Part shown: one piece after another, positions 1 to 8,195 of the stretch
How the letters are laid out: each line of letters opens with the position of its first letter
How positions within the stretch are numbered: position 1 is the stretch's first letter
Assembly (NCBI GenBank): GCA_050290185.1
Contig: JBNKHE010000005.1
Span: forward strand, 223,321 to 287,320
DNA: 64,000 bases
Reading direction: 5' to 3'
From: Pontiella sp.
GTDB taxonomy: Bacteria; Verrucomicrobiota; Kiritimatiellia; Kiritimatiellales; Pontiellaceae
Position numbers and translations under genes: made by a program
Notes under the pieces: model-generated
What the model saw: the letters and a program-made list of their open reading frames with translations, nothing else
Databases searched by the model: none
What the model was told of the DNA's origin: nothing

Positions 1-186
1 GTCGACACTCAGTGTCAAATTGGCGAGTGCATCAGCAAGCGCCGTGCCCGCACATAACGTGCCGCCATTCCACCCCTGGAAAATGAACTTCCCGAAAGTG
101 CCCTGGTGCTTGATGTCGATTTCAATCGGTTCATTGCCGCCATCTGAGACATTCACCGATCCGATTTTGAGAGGATTCCGAATCAT
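1..186 (-). CDS. Probable double jelly-roll major capsid protein, N-terminal 62 aa (truncated by window edge)
   Basis: Not in the ORF track. Manual translation MIRNPLKIGSVNVSDGGNEPIEIDIKHQGTFGKFIFQGWNGGTLCAGTALADALANLTLSVD has a beta-strand pattern resembling the PM2 P2 N-terminus; TAATG-coupled to the upstream small membrane gene; downstream of the ATPase as in PM2. Confidence 0.6.
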   Translation of the reverse strand, partial: MIRNPLKIGSVNVSDGGNEPIEIDIKHQGTFGKFIFQGWNGGTLCAGTALADALANLTLSVD

Positions 187-347
187 TACGCGGCCGCCTT
201 TCCTGTTGCGCCTGCGACGGTCGACTTGACCCTCGCTTCGGCTTTCATCATCGCACCGTGCAGACGGTTCGCGATCATTGACCCGACCACAACCAGGGCA
301 ACTAAGCCCAAAGGGTTGGCCGGTAGCATTTTTTTCTTCGCACTCAT
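186..347 (-). CDS. Small virion membrane protein (53 aa), positional equivalent of PM2 P7
   Basis: Manual translation MSAKKKMLPANPLGLVALVVVGSMIANRLHGAMMKAEARVKSTVAGATGKAAA; AAGGAG RBS; one hydrophobic segment. Confidence 0.7.
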   Translation of the reverse strand: MSAKKKMLPANPLGLVALVVVGSMIANRLHGAMMKAEARVKSTVAGATGKAAA

Positions 348-440
348 GTTGGCTTTTCTCCTTGGTTGTGATTTCCAACTTTCAGAAATAATTGTTTCAC
401 GGAAAAAAGCCGTTGGTCAGTTCGAGCGGAATTTCGCGGG

Positions 441-480
441 AAAAAAGAAAGGGAACCCCTGAAATAAAGGGATTCCCTTG
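441..480 (-). terminator. Rho-independent terminator separating the packaging genes from the structural operon
   Basis: Minus strand AAGGGAATCCCTTTATTTCAGGGGTTCCCTT hairpin followed by TCTTTTTT. Confidence 0.65.
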
Positions 481-508
481 CGAAATTTTACTAATTTTGT
501 GCGGTCAG

Positions 509-670
509 TTAATGCATTTTCGAGCGCATTTCAATCCAGTCATTGAAAAGATACCTTTCCGCTGTCCGCTCAAACGCAGTTGATTCGTTCCACATTACTT
601 CTGTCCAACCTCTACGGATAAGGAACCGCTTATATGGCAAATCAAGCTTCAGGCACTCCCAAAAACTCAT
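509..670 (-). CDS. Small hypothetical phage protein (53 aa)
   Basis: Manual translation MSFWECLKLDLPYKRFLIRRGW...RSKMH; GAGGTGGAG RBS; below the ORF-track length cutoff. Confidence 0.55.
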   Translation of the reverse strand: MSFWECLKLDLPYKRFLIRRGWTEVMWNESTAFERTAERYLFNDWIEMRSKMH

Positions 671-698
671 TATTCTCCACCTCTGCTAAGTTGTTGTT

Positions 699-887
699 CT
701 ACCTTTTCGATCCAGATACTTTGTGCCAAACATAAGAACCAATTCCAGCATTCGGGTATTTGTTTCTGAACACTTTATAGTCAATGGTTGTGCATCCTCC
801 AATCACCCCAAATACAATCAGAATGAACCCGAAAATTACCCAGTAGTCTTTGAATTTTCTCATAGCTTTATTCATGTGCATCTCCAT
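699..887 (-). CDS. Small phage membrane protein
   Basis: Single TM segment WVIFGFILIVFGVIGGC; abuts the upstream ORF. Confidence 0.6.
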   Translation of the reverse strand: MEMHMNKAMRKFKDYWVIFGFILIVFGVIGGCTTIDYKVFRNKYPNAGIGSYVWHKVSGSKR

Positions 888-1115
888 TTATTTCCCGCCC
901 CTCACCAACTTCCACCAGTGCCGCCGTGCCGTGCGTTCTGAGCAGCCGACGGTCTTGGCCACCTGCGCCGGTGTAACATCGGCCAACCCGCGCGGATCAG
1001 CGACAATCAGTAAATTCCAAAGTGCGACAACTTGAGGAAAAAAGCCACGCTTTGGTTTTTTACTGGACCCCGACCCAACTACTTGTCCCCGGTTCCCCGT
1101 ACCATGCTGTTCCAT
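888..1115 (-). CDS. Small helix-turn-helix DNA-binding protein (start uncertain)
   Basis: VTPAQVAKTVGCSERTARRHW is an HTH-like motif. Confidence 0.6.
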   Translation of the reverse strand: MEQHGTGNRGQVVGSGSSKKPKRGFFPQVVALWNLLIVADPRGLADVTPAQVAKTVGCSERTARRHWWKLVRGGK

Positions 1116-1659
1116 AAAAAAAACTCCCCAAACCACGTTTTCCGATATATCTACCCAGCGGAAGTTCACTGCATTCACCGAATTTCGTCCCCAGGCATTT
1201 TTTTACCCAATCGATTGCGGATGGTTCGTCCAAGGTGAACACGTATCGATTTCGGCAATTCGCCCGGACCGTTGGAGCCATATGTGTTGGAAACTGGCTC
1301 TGCACCCATAACTCGATTCCGTATGACCGCCCCGAGTTCGGAATCATTTCCAGGCCGTTCACGCCTTTCCATTTCCAGTTCCAGGCTTCATCCACAATGG
1401 CCATTGTGTCCACAAATCCACGCTTCGGAGCACGGCACTTATTGATGACGGCCATAAAACGATCCTGCCGCATCGTTTTGTACAACCTGGGATGATTTGG
1501 CAGATCCTCGTATTCATCCAGCTTGCTTCCCAACCAAACAACCTTCATCCCGTTGTTTAAGAAGAACCGCATCCGCGCATTAGTTAGAACCCCCTTCCCT
1601 GCCCCGGTGGCTCCCAACACCATATTGTGTTCAAGGAATTTAATCATCGGCTGTTTCAT
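1060..1659 (-). CDS. Genome packaging ATPase, FtsK/HerA (A32/P9-like) family
   Basis: Walker A GATGAGKG, Walker B AIVDEAW, GRSYG (Arg finger) and SQ sensor motif in an approximately 200-aa stand-alone domain. Confidence 0.85.
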   Translation of the reverse strand: MKQPMIKFLEHNMVLGATGAGKGVLTNARMRFFLNNGMKVVWLGSKLDEYEDLPNHPRLYKTMRQDRFMAVINKCRAPKRGFVDTMAIVDEAWNWKWKGVNGLEMIPNSGRSYGIELWVQSQFPTHMAPTVRANCRNRYVFTLDEPSAIDWVKKCLGTKFGECSELPLGRYIGKRGLGSFFYGTAWYGEPGTSSWVGVQ

Positions 1660-1870
1660 CGTCGCACCCCGGAATTTCCTCTTCGTCGCCATGCACGATA
1701 TGCGAAATGAACTCTCGATTGATTTTTTCATTTCGCGCCTCACGAAGTTCCTCAAAAAGCCTGATTAGAGAAATTCCAAGCAGCAATCCACCAAACGTCA
1801 CTAACACCCCACGAATATATGCAGCGTCAGCTATCAATATCTCTCGCTCTGTTAGCTTAAGATTTTCCAT
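1640..1870 (-). CDS. Small phage membrane protein
   Basis: TM segment GVLVTFGGLLLGISLIRLF, acidic tail; coupled to neighbours. Confidence 0.6.
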   Translation of the reverse strand: MENLKLTEREILIADAAYIRGVLVTFGGLLLGISLIRLFEELREARNEKINREFISHIVHGDEEEIPGCDDETADD

Positions 1871-2745
1871 CAAGATGCCTCCTGTTCATGCTCAGAGTCC
1901 ACAGCAACCGGGACGGGAGATCCTTCGCCAAGAATAACCTTCAGAACCGGGAATTTCTCACCGAGAGCCCCAAGCACATTCTGGCGGATCATCACGGCAG
2001 CGGCATCCATCCTGGACTTGCATTGGGGTTCGTTTTTCGCCATGGCCGAAATAGAAGCAAAGACCGCAACCGGAAAAGCAAGGTTCGGGTGAAGGTCGAA
2101 CTTATGTCCAGTCTCCCCCTCCCACTCCTCGCAGGCGTCAACCAGATCACCGTATTCTTCGCTTTTTTTCTGCCGATGAATTTCCGGCCCGACAACAAGT
2201 CCCGCTCCTAGAATTATTCCATTCGCAGTTTTTTCCGCGCTCTTGCGTTTCTTCCGTTCCTGTCTGGAAGTTTCCACTACACGCTCTTCTTCAACGGCCT
2301 TTTCTTCCTGCAATTCATCGTCATTCGGCGGAAATACACGTTTTTCCTGAATTTCCTCCTGTGCAATTTCCGGCTCGGAAATTTCCTCCTCAACCTCTTC
2401 TTTGTGGCTGAAAAAGTTTTTTACCGAGTCGGTAATTTTCTGCTTGGCCGACTTTTTAAATTCCTTTTTCAGCAGCAGCTGATTCTTGCTGCCAAGAACC
2501 GGTTGTCCGTTCGGGTGCGTCTTGTGCCGAACGGCATCGAAGATTTCACCTTTAATTTCATCGCCCGGTTGATAGTCCGTTTTTGGGCTGTCCAAATCTG
2601 GTGAAATGGCGTCGCCAGATTCAACGGGCGAAAAGTCCAGACCACCTTCGTTTACGATATCAAGAGTAGCCTGCATTTCCTCATCAAGCATACGAACCTC
2701 CTCATATTCAGCAGGGGCCGGAAGCAACATTTGAGTCCGTTCCAT
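1870..2745 (-). CDS. Hypothetical phage protein, acidic N-terminus with hydrophobic C-terminal segments
   Basis: 291-aa ORF within the co-oriented operon upstream of the ATPase. Confidence 0.7.
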   Translation of the reverse strand: MERTQMLLPAPAEYEEVRMLDEEMQATLDIVNEGGLDFSPVESGDAISPDLDSPKTDYQPGDEIKGEIFDAVRHKTHPNGQPVLGSKNQLLLKKEFKKSAKQKITDSVKNFFSHKEEVEEEISEPEIAQEEIQEKRVFPPNDDELQEEKAVEEERVVETSRQERKKRKSAEKTANGIILGAGLVVGPEIHRQKKSEEYGDLVDACEEWEGETGHKFDLHPNLAFPVAVFASISAMAKNEPQCKSRMDAAAVMIRQNVLGALGEKFPVLKVILGEGSPVPVAVDSEHEQEAS

Positions 2746-2747
2746 CT

Positions 2748-2942
2748 CTAGGACTCCACCACTTTGACAGTAACGTCATCATTTGCATAAATTGATATCT
2801 TATACCCAGCCGGTTGATTCCTGTTCAGCGGTTGCTTTTTCAGGACTTTCGCACCACTCGCTTTTTTCGCCGCCTCGAAAGCGTTCTTCGCGTCAACGAA
2901 TTGATGACCACCACCGTTTACATGTACTTTGAACCGTCTCAT
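2748..2942 (-). CDS. Hypothetical phage protein
   Basis: Tightly packed between neighbours. Confidence 0.6.
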   Translation of the reverse strand: MRRFKVHVNGGGHQFVDAKNAFEAAKKASGAKVLKKQPLNRNQPAGYKISIYANDDVTVKVVES

Positions 2943-2945
2943 TCT

Positions 2946-3137
2946 CTATGCTCCTTTGTTGTCTTCTATTGCTGAACTCACTTTCAATTTCACGAACGCC
3001 GTTGCGTCCGCGATTGCCTTTTTCGCCTCCTTGGGCGAGTCCTTTGTTCCCATCGGAATCCACTGTTCGAAAAGTTCCAGTGAACTTTTGATAATTTTCG
3101 CTTCATCCTCGGAAATTTGTAGTGAGATGATTTTCAT
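2946..3137 (-). CDS. Hypothetical phage protein
   Basis: Tightly packed directly after ssb. Confidence 0.6.
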   Translation of the reverse strand: MKIISLQISEDEAKIIKSSLELFEQWIPMGTKDSPKEAKKAIADATAFVKLKVSSAIEDNKGA

Positions 3138-3139
3138 GG

Positions 3140-3547
3140 TTAGAACGGAATATCATCTTCGTACTCAACCGCGCCACCTGGAGCCCGGGATTCATCAGGA
3201 ATTGGCGCGCCCTTTTTTCCCGATCCAAGGAACTGCACGCGATCCGCCCGGACGCGCAGCTTTTGCCGCTTCTCGCCGCCATCGGTTTCCCATTGGTCGA
3301 GCTGCAACCGGCCTTCGACAAACACGGGCGATCCCTTGGTCAGATATTCCGCCGAGGTTTCCGCCTGGCGGCCCCAAACAATCACATCCACGAAACAGAC
3401 CTGCTCCACCTTCTCGCCTGCCTTGTTCTTGAATGTCTCATTCATCGCCAATCCGATTTCAGCCACCGCCGTTCCCGTCGCCGTATGCCTCAAATCCACA
3501 TCGCGTGTCAGATTTCCCATCACTAGCACTCTGTTATAGCTCGCCAT
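3140..3547 (-). CDS. ssb: Single-stranded DNA-binding protein (phage-borne, bacterial type)
   Basis: NRVLVMGNLTRD, VFVEGRLQ and C-terminal DDIPF. Confidence 0.95.
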   Translation of the reverse strand: MASYNRVLVMGNLTRDVDLRHTATGTAVAEIGLAMNETFKNKAGEKVEQVCFVDVIVWGRQAETSAEYLTKGSPVFVEGRLQLDQWETDGGEKRQKLRVRADRVQFLGSGKKGAPIPDESRAPGGAVEYEDDIPF

Positions 3548-5207
3548 CGTCGTATCCTTTCTTTATGTCGTTCCACTCTTGCCACACGGCATGAGCTTCC
3601 TCGTGTTTCCCTTCATCATGGAGCCGTCTATATTTTTTCCGGAACTCGCGTTCTTGGGCCTCCATATATTTCTGCTCCATTGATTTCTTCCGTTCCCGTT
3701 CTGCAAACCGCTCCGCCTTGTCCTTCATAATTTGCTCAAACACTTCATCGACGGTTCGTGGGTCGCCCCATTTTAAATCGAATTTCCACCCATCTTTTCC
3801 AAGTGCTACAACACGCAGCATCCCGAGAACCCACGATTCAAATTGGTCATAATTCCGAAACGAATATTTCGATTCATTCGTCACCGGACGTTTTGGAATC
3901 ACGAATCCCTTATTCCATGCAGCGGCTTCAAGAACTCCAAATGCCTGCTTTATCAAGGCTTCCACGTCTGCATTATCCGGCTCAACTATGACAAGAGGCT
4001 CAGGAGCCCCGAAATTCCGGCTAAATGTATCCTGTACGATTTTCCATTTTACCGATGTCCTGTCTTTTTCCGGATGTTTGACATTGCGGCGCTTCGTTAA
4101 AAAACGGAACCAACGCATAATTTTCATACGCTTGCTTTTCTGGCAAAACATCGGGTCATCACGAGCGCCAGTTAGATACCCCAAAACAGCGCCTCCCTTG
4201 GCCTTCCAGTCGGCATACGAATCAATCCCCCACTCTCGCAGTTTGTCGCGTGAGATTTGATATTCGACACGCACCGCGCTTTCTGGCCGTTCACCGCCCC
4301 ACCGCTTTTTAATCATGTGTTCAAAGCGGATAGGCTCACCTCTCAGAGCCTTGGCTTCCATTTCCCCAAGTTTGTCGTATATACGCAGTCGAAGAGGATT
4401 ATTCCCCCAATAGAGCGTCATTGAGTTCGATTTCTGGAAGTCCAGCGAGTTAGCCCTACATCGCCACTTACGGCCTACGAATGCTGAAACGAAATAATCC
4501 ATCGACCACCCCGGAAAATCCGCGCACGCATCCACGCGGGAAATCATTTCCTTATCGATTTGAACATCCAGCGATTCCAACCACTTGATCGCGTCATTGT
4601 ACGCTTCATCCGCCCCACCTCGATAAACCAGACAAATTTCCCCCGGTATATGGATTTGGACGTTCGGCCATGTCCCGGCATAGGTTTCGTTCTCCGCGAT
4701 TAACACAGTTCCAAAATCAAGCGTCATGCGGTATTTGCAGTATTTGCCGGACTTCCCTGCCCCCTTCCCGATGCTGCCGCCACCCGGCTGCATTACCGCG
4801 CCACCAAGATCAGCGCAATCAATAGGCTTCCGCTGCTCCAAAGCGGCCATTGCGGGGGTGTCAAAAAGCGGGTGAATTTTGGTCCACTCCAAAAATTTCA
4901 CTTGAAAATTCAATGTTAGCCAATCAGAGCCGCACCAATACGGATTCTGCGGGGTGTTTCCTTGAGGCTTACGAGGGGGCATGTTATCTGTCATGCCCCC
5001 GGACGCTGACGCGGACACAGCGGGCGCGGAAATACCAATTTTGGCATCAAATTTCCGAGATGCTTCTAACGCCTTCATAGCGCCATCAAAATCGCTCACA
5101 GTGCCTTCATCGAACAACTTGGCAACCATGACCGCCTCTTCGGACGACACCTCAACTCCGTTAATTTCAGGCACGGTAAAGGCCTCCTGCTGTGAGAACA
5201 TCGTCAT
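3534..5207 (-). CDS. Rolling-circle replication initiator, Rep_trans (pT181/RstA-like) family
   Basis: Motifs SDWLTL, ISRVDACADF, TLYWG, LRIYDK (catalytic Tyr) and VRVEYQ. Confidence 0.8.
   Translation of the reverse strand: MTMFSQQEAFTVPEINGVEVSSEEAVMVAKLFDEGTVSDFDGAMKALEASRKFDAKIGISAPAVSASASGGMTDNMPPRKPQGNTPQNPYWCGSDWLTLNFQVKFLEWTKIHPLFDTPAMAALEQRKPIDCADLGGAVMQPGGGSIGKGAGKSGKYCKYRMTLDFGTVLIAENETYAGTWPNVQIHIPGEICLVYRGGADEAYNDAIKWLESLDVQIDKEMISRVDACADFPGWSMDYFVSAFVGRKWRCRANSLDFQKSNSMTLYWGNNPLRLRIYDKLGEMEAKALRGEPIRFEHMIKKRWGGERPESAVRVEYQISRDKLREWGIDSYADWKAKGGAVLGYLTGARDDPMFCQKSKRMKIMRWFRFLTKRRNVKHPEKDRTSVKWKIVQDTFSRNFGAPEPLVIVEPDNADVEALIKQAFGVLEAAAWNKGFVIPKRPVTNESKYSFRNYDQFESWVLGMLRVVALGKDGWKFDLKWGDPRTVDEVFEQIMKDKAERFAERERKKSMEQKYMEAQEREFRKKYRRLHDEGKHEEAHAVWQEWNDIKKGYDDGEL
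4975..5000 (-). other. Putative double-strand origin (nick hairpin) inside the rep gene
   Basis: Perfect 9-bp stem GGGGGCATG/CATGCCCCC with minus-strand loop ACAGATAA, in the 5' part of rep as in pT181-family replicons. Confidence 0.55.
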
Positions 5208-5949
5208 TATCTAGCGGATCCAATAGACGACTATGCTCGATGATAGACGAAAGTAACTCTGGTCCACCGATTTTGTCTATGAGTCCGGATAAAATCGCAT
5301 TGCGTTCCACGGGATCCAGCACAGCCAATTTTGACTGTAGGCGATCGATCTTGCGGCGGATGCGTTGCCGCTCCGTGAAATTGCGGCCGACATAGCTATA
5401 ATCGTGCAGAACTTCCGGCACCCGATAGTTGAACCAGATAATTTCCCGCCGGATGGTGCGGCCCCTGGTTATTGCATCGTACTCAAAATGATTCCAATCC
5501 CATAGCGCATCGCGGTACAAGCTGCTGTCATAGCCTGAGATGGCCACCATAGCCGATGCCGACGTTATGAGATCCAGCAACCGAATATGATCATCCCGGC
5601 TCATTTCGGCGGAATACATACTCTTCTTAACCCGCGTTTCTGGGAGATATGGCGGATCGCAATAAACGAAAACATCCTCTCGATCCAAAACGCTTGGAAG
5701 ATAATCGAAAGCATCCCTGTGAAGCACCGTCGCGTCTTTACTGCGATCAAGATCATCGTAGACCATGGACATAAGCGACTCTGCTGCAGCCAAGTCCTTT
5801 TCGACTAGCACGGATCCGTGAGACGGTAATTTGTTACGCCACACAGCCGCCGAACCAGCGAACGCTTCCACGTAAAGGCAATGCGGCGGAATCAGATTGA
5901 TTATGTGCTGATACGCACCGCCTGCGTTTTTTCCGCCTGGATACCTCAT
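5167..5949 (-). CDS. DNA adenine methyltransferase (Dam-like, D12 class)
   Basis: RYPGGK, YVEAFAGSAAV (SAM binding) and YCDPPY catalytic motif. Confidence 0.9.
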   Translation of the reverse strand: MRYPGGKNAGGAYQHIINLIPPHCLYVEAFAGSAAVWRNKLPSHGSVLVEKDLAAAESLMSMVYDDLDRSKDATVLHRDAFDYLPSVLDREDVFVYCDPPYLPETRVKKSMYSAEMSRDDHIRLLDLITSASAMVAISGYDSSLYRDALWDWNHFEYDAITRGRTIRREIIWFNYRVPEVLHDYSYVGRNFTERQRIRRKIDRLQSKLAVLDPVERNAILSGLIDKIGGPELLSSIIEHSRLLDPLDNDDVLTAGGLYRA

Positions 5950-6674
5950 CTATTCACCTCGGAAATTGCTGCGTGATAAAGTAGCCATTTTGCTAGTAAT
6001 GGCGGCGTTGCTTCGCGTTGGGCTGCTGATAGGTGGTGAATCTGCTTTAATGGTGAAAAGTGCAGCACAGGACGAATTGGAACGATTTTGGCATAGTCCA
6101 ATCCCGAGAAAAAAAACCATGTAGGCTTCATCATGGCGTGACCGAAAATCCGTTGAGGAAATTCAAGCGTGAATCCTTTTTCGTTCGCGTATCCGCCGAA
6201 TGGCAGCCCTTGATCGGCGAATAGATCCGACGCTGCCGGATGTTCCAGCACTCCACCATTTTCAAGAACCATTCGAACGCAATGCCGCCCGAGATTGATT
6301 TCGCGCCGCTTTGCATCGGGTGCCATGTCGGGCATTCCCTTGAGACTTCCCCATAGGCGACATGGTGGATGTGCCACAACCGGCATTCCGCCCGTGAATC
6401 TAAATGCATCGCGCCGGATATCCCAAATATCGGCTTCGACTATCTGGCTAAAGTCCTGGTCCTGCTGGCTGTTGCGATCGAGGAACTGGCTAGAACGCCC
6501 GGGCAACTGGCTTTGCTCCTGGTCCTCCTGGCTGCGACTGCCAGATGGCTGGCTTGAATGCCGGCCTAACTGGCTGCTTCCCTCGATCTGCTGGCCACAA
6601 CATCCGGAGGACTGGCTATAGACACCTTTTTTTTGGGCACACAGCACTGCAACGCGTCGGAAGTGATAGCTCAT
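5946..6674 (-). CDS. Cytosine methyltransferase-like protein (HPPC motif) with Ser/Gln heptad insertion
   Basis: VVAHPPC and VLEHP resemble C5-MTase motifs IV (PC) and VI (ENV); ATG at 6674 overlaps the upstream stop; adjacent to the Dam-like gene. Confidence 0.65.
   Translation of the reverse strand: MSYHFRRVAVLCAQKKGVYSQSSGCCGQQIEGSSQLGRHSSQPSGSRSQEDQEQSQLPGRSSQFLDRNSQQDQDFSQIVEADIWDIRRDAFRFTGGMPVVAHPPCRLWGSLKGMPDMAPDAKRREINLGRHCVRMVLENGGVLEHPAASDLFADQGLPFGGYANEKGFTLEFPQRIFGHAMMKPTWFFFSGLDYAKIVPIRPVLHFSPLKQIHHLSAAQREATPPLLAKWLLYHAAISEVNR
6444..6617. repeat. Phased array of nine CTGGCT/AGCCAG hexamers at exact 21-bp spacing with variable 15-nt spacers
   Basis: CTGGCT starts at 6444, 6465, 6486, 6507, 6528, 6549, 6570, 6591 (CTGGCC) and 6612. 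Confidence 0.95.
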
Positions 6675-6934
6675 ACGAACACCCCCGGCGATGGATTGGC
6701 GATGCTGCACGCCGGAAGGTGTCGGGGCCATTGGCCGCCGCAATTCGAACAAAAATAATCTTCCGGTGCGGACGGGTTCCGGCTTCGCCGGGGGTTTCCG
6801 CTTTGGGAGGCAAAGCAGTTGGAATCAGGAATGGCCGGGGTGGACTGCTTCACCTCCGGCAAGGCGCTCGGGACGCTCCCCAGCGTTGCCCTATCCTCCT
6901 TACCGATTAATTTGTCCACCCCGGCCAATGACAT
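6671..6934 (-). CDS. Hypothetical protein with possible Zn-binding motif
   Basis: TAATG-coupled start; CSNC...H...C near the C-terminus. Confidence 0.5.
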   Translation of the reverse strand: MSLAGVDKLIGKEDRATLGSVPSALPEVKQSTPAIPDSNCFASQSGNPRRSRNPSAPEDYFCSNCGGQWPRHLPACSIANPSPGVFV

Positions 6935-7143
6935 TAGAAAAGCTCTTTCTGGACTGGTTTTGGTTTGTCTGACGGTATTTCCGACAAGCGGAATCGAGGC
7001 ACTCTGGCGTATGGCGATCCCTCTTTTTTCGGGTCGATGATTTTGCACCAGCCTTTTCCGGCCCATGCCAAAAACGTCACCTTGCGAGGGGTGCCGTTGG
7101 TCGGCGTGTAGTGGTAATCATGATGAGCTTTAAGCTTGGGCAT
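6934..7143 (-). CDS. Hypothetical phage protein (69 aa)
   Basis: GGAGG RBS before MPKLKAHH; ends QKELF, which resembles a clamp-binding motif. Confidence 0.6.
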   Translation of the reverse strand: MPKLKAHHDYHYTPTNGTPRKVTFLAWAGKGWCKIIDPKKEGSPYARVPRFRLSEIPSDKPKPVQKELF

Positions 7144-7279
7144 ATCCTGGCCTCCGTTCGTTTTCCTTGGGCACGTGCAGACCGGCCGCACGGCGCAAAA
7201 ACACTATTCGCCTGGCAGACTCTAAACCGCTATCGCGGAGGTATCGGTATTCGAGGCTTCTGAGTGTTCGGATGTCCAT
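7130..7279 (-). CDS. Small hypothetical phage protein (MDIRTLRS...)
   Basis: GGAG upstream; an overlapping Cys-rich ORF at 7222-7401 is an alternative or additional gene. Confidence 0.4.
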   Translation of the reverse strand: MDIRTLRSLEYRYLRDSGLESARRIVFLRRAAGLHVPKENERRPGYAQA

Positions 7280-7397
7280 AGTCCCAGCTCCAGTTGATGT
7301 TTCTCTTTCCAAAATCCGCACCCCGGGACCGACATGCAGGCGCGGGCCGATGATTCAAGAACGCATGACCCTGATTTGTGGCAGTTATTGCACGAGT

Positions 7398-7865
7398 TCA
7401 CCGTAGCTCCGTTCGTTTGTTGTAAAGGTTGGTGGCCCAGGCCATGAGCACGAGAGCGGCAGGATCGCCCGCGACGTGGGCACAGAATTGGGCGTAGGAT
7501 TGATCGATAACACGTTGCGGCAATGAACGCTTAAGCATGGCCGCCTCGAAATATTCGACATACTTTTCCATGCGGTTCTTGGCGTCCTGGAGCTGCATGA
7601 ATTGCTCGGCTTCCCTATCGGACTCCAGGCGCAACGCTTCGCGGGCAATCTCCGCCTCGTAAATTTCATCGGTCTTGCTCGATCTCATTACGAGTGACAC
7701 TGCGGCAATGCAGTTTTCTTTGATGTGGTGGCCGGTCATGGGCGGCAGCGTGGCTAATTCCTTGTTTAACAGATCCACCAAACCGAGATGTAAGGACCGG
7801 GGAAGCGCGGGAAGCCGCATTGATCCGGTCAGCCGTTCAATCTGTTTATCGGTGTTCGTGCTCAC
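7398..7865 (-). CDS. Hypothetical phage protein, alpha-helical
   Basis: GTGA-coupled start; 155 aa. Confidence 0.7.
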   Translation of the reverse strand: MSTNTDKQIERLTGSMRLPALPRSLHLGLVDLLNKELATLPPMTGHHIKENCIAAVSLVMRSSKTDEIYEAEIAREALRLESDREAEQFMQLQDAKNRMEKYVEYFEAAMLKRSLPQRVIDQSYAQFCAHVAGDPAALVLMAWATNLYNKRTELR

Positions 7866-7999
7866 AGCGTCACCCTCGCCGCTGCCTCGACCTGCTTTGT
7901 TTTTTCAACGGCACACCCTTTTATTGTTGCGCATCCGAATAGGATGAAAACAACCGCGACTACTGCGCTTAAAATATTCACAAACCTCTGCTCCGTCAT
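7862..7999 (-). CDS. Small membrane/lipoprotein-like peptide (45 aa)
   Basis: MTEQRFVNILSAVVAVVFILFGCATIKGC...VTL; start and stop both overlap neighbours. Confidence 0.55.
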   Translation of the reverse strand: MTEQRFVNILSAVVAVVFILFGCATIKGCAVEKTKQVEAAARVTL

Positions 8000-8073
8000 T
8001 AGATCGCCCCCAAATAAACAACCACGTTTAGAATTATTATTACGGCCAATGCGGTCATGAATGAGAGTTTCAC
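7999..8073 (-). CDS. Hydrophobic 24-aa peptide
   Basis: MKLSFMTALAVIIILNVVVYLGAI; GTGA and TAATG couplings on both sides. Confidence 0.5.
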   Translation of the reverse strand: MKLSFMTALAVIIILNVVVYLGAI

Positions 8074-8195
8074 AGCGTCACCCCCGCGGCCTTGAGTTCT
8101 GATTTCATTTCGTCGATATGCTCTTGAGCCGAGCGAATGATTTCTTCCTCTTTGTCGATGCAGAATTTAATCTGGTCGATTTCTTTCGCGCTCAT
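8070..8195 (-). CDS. Small coiled-coil-like protein (41 aa)
   Basis: MSAKEIDQIKFCIDKEEEIIRSAQEHIDEMKSELKAAGVTL; ATGA-coupled. Confidence 0.55.
   Translation of the reverse strand: MSAKEIDQIKFCIDKEEEIIRSAQEHIDEMKSELKAAGVTL

Noticed and set aside
1060..1755. Zot-like ATPase of a filamentous phage, given the Rep_trans
   Set aside because: No C-terminal TM segment or extension; its size and the downstream beta-rich capsid-like gene fit a DJR packaging ATPase better. Not fully excluded.
6444..6617. CRISPR or TIGR array interpretation of the 21-bp array
   Set aside because: The constant part is only 6 bp and the spacers 15 nt; no cas or tas-like gene is in view; the array lies in frame within a CDS.
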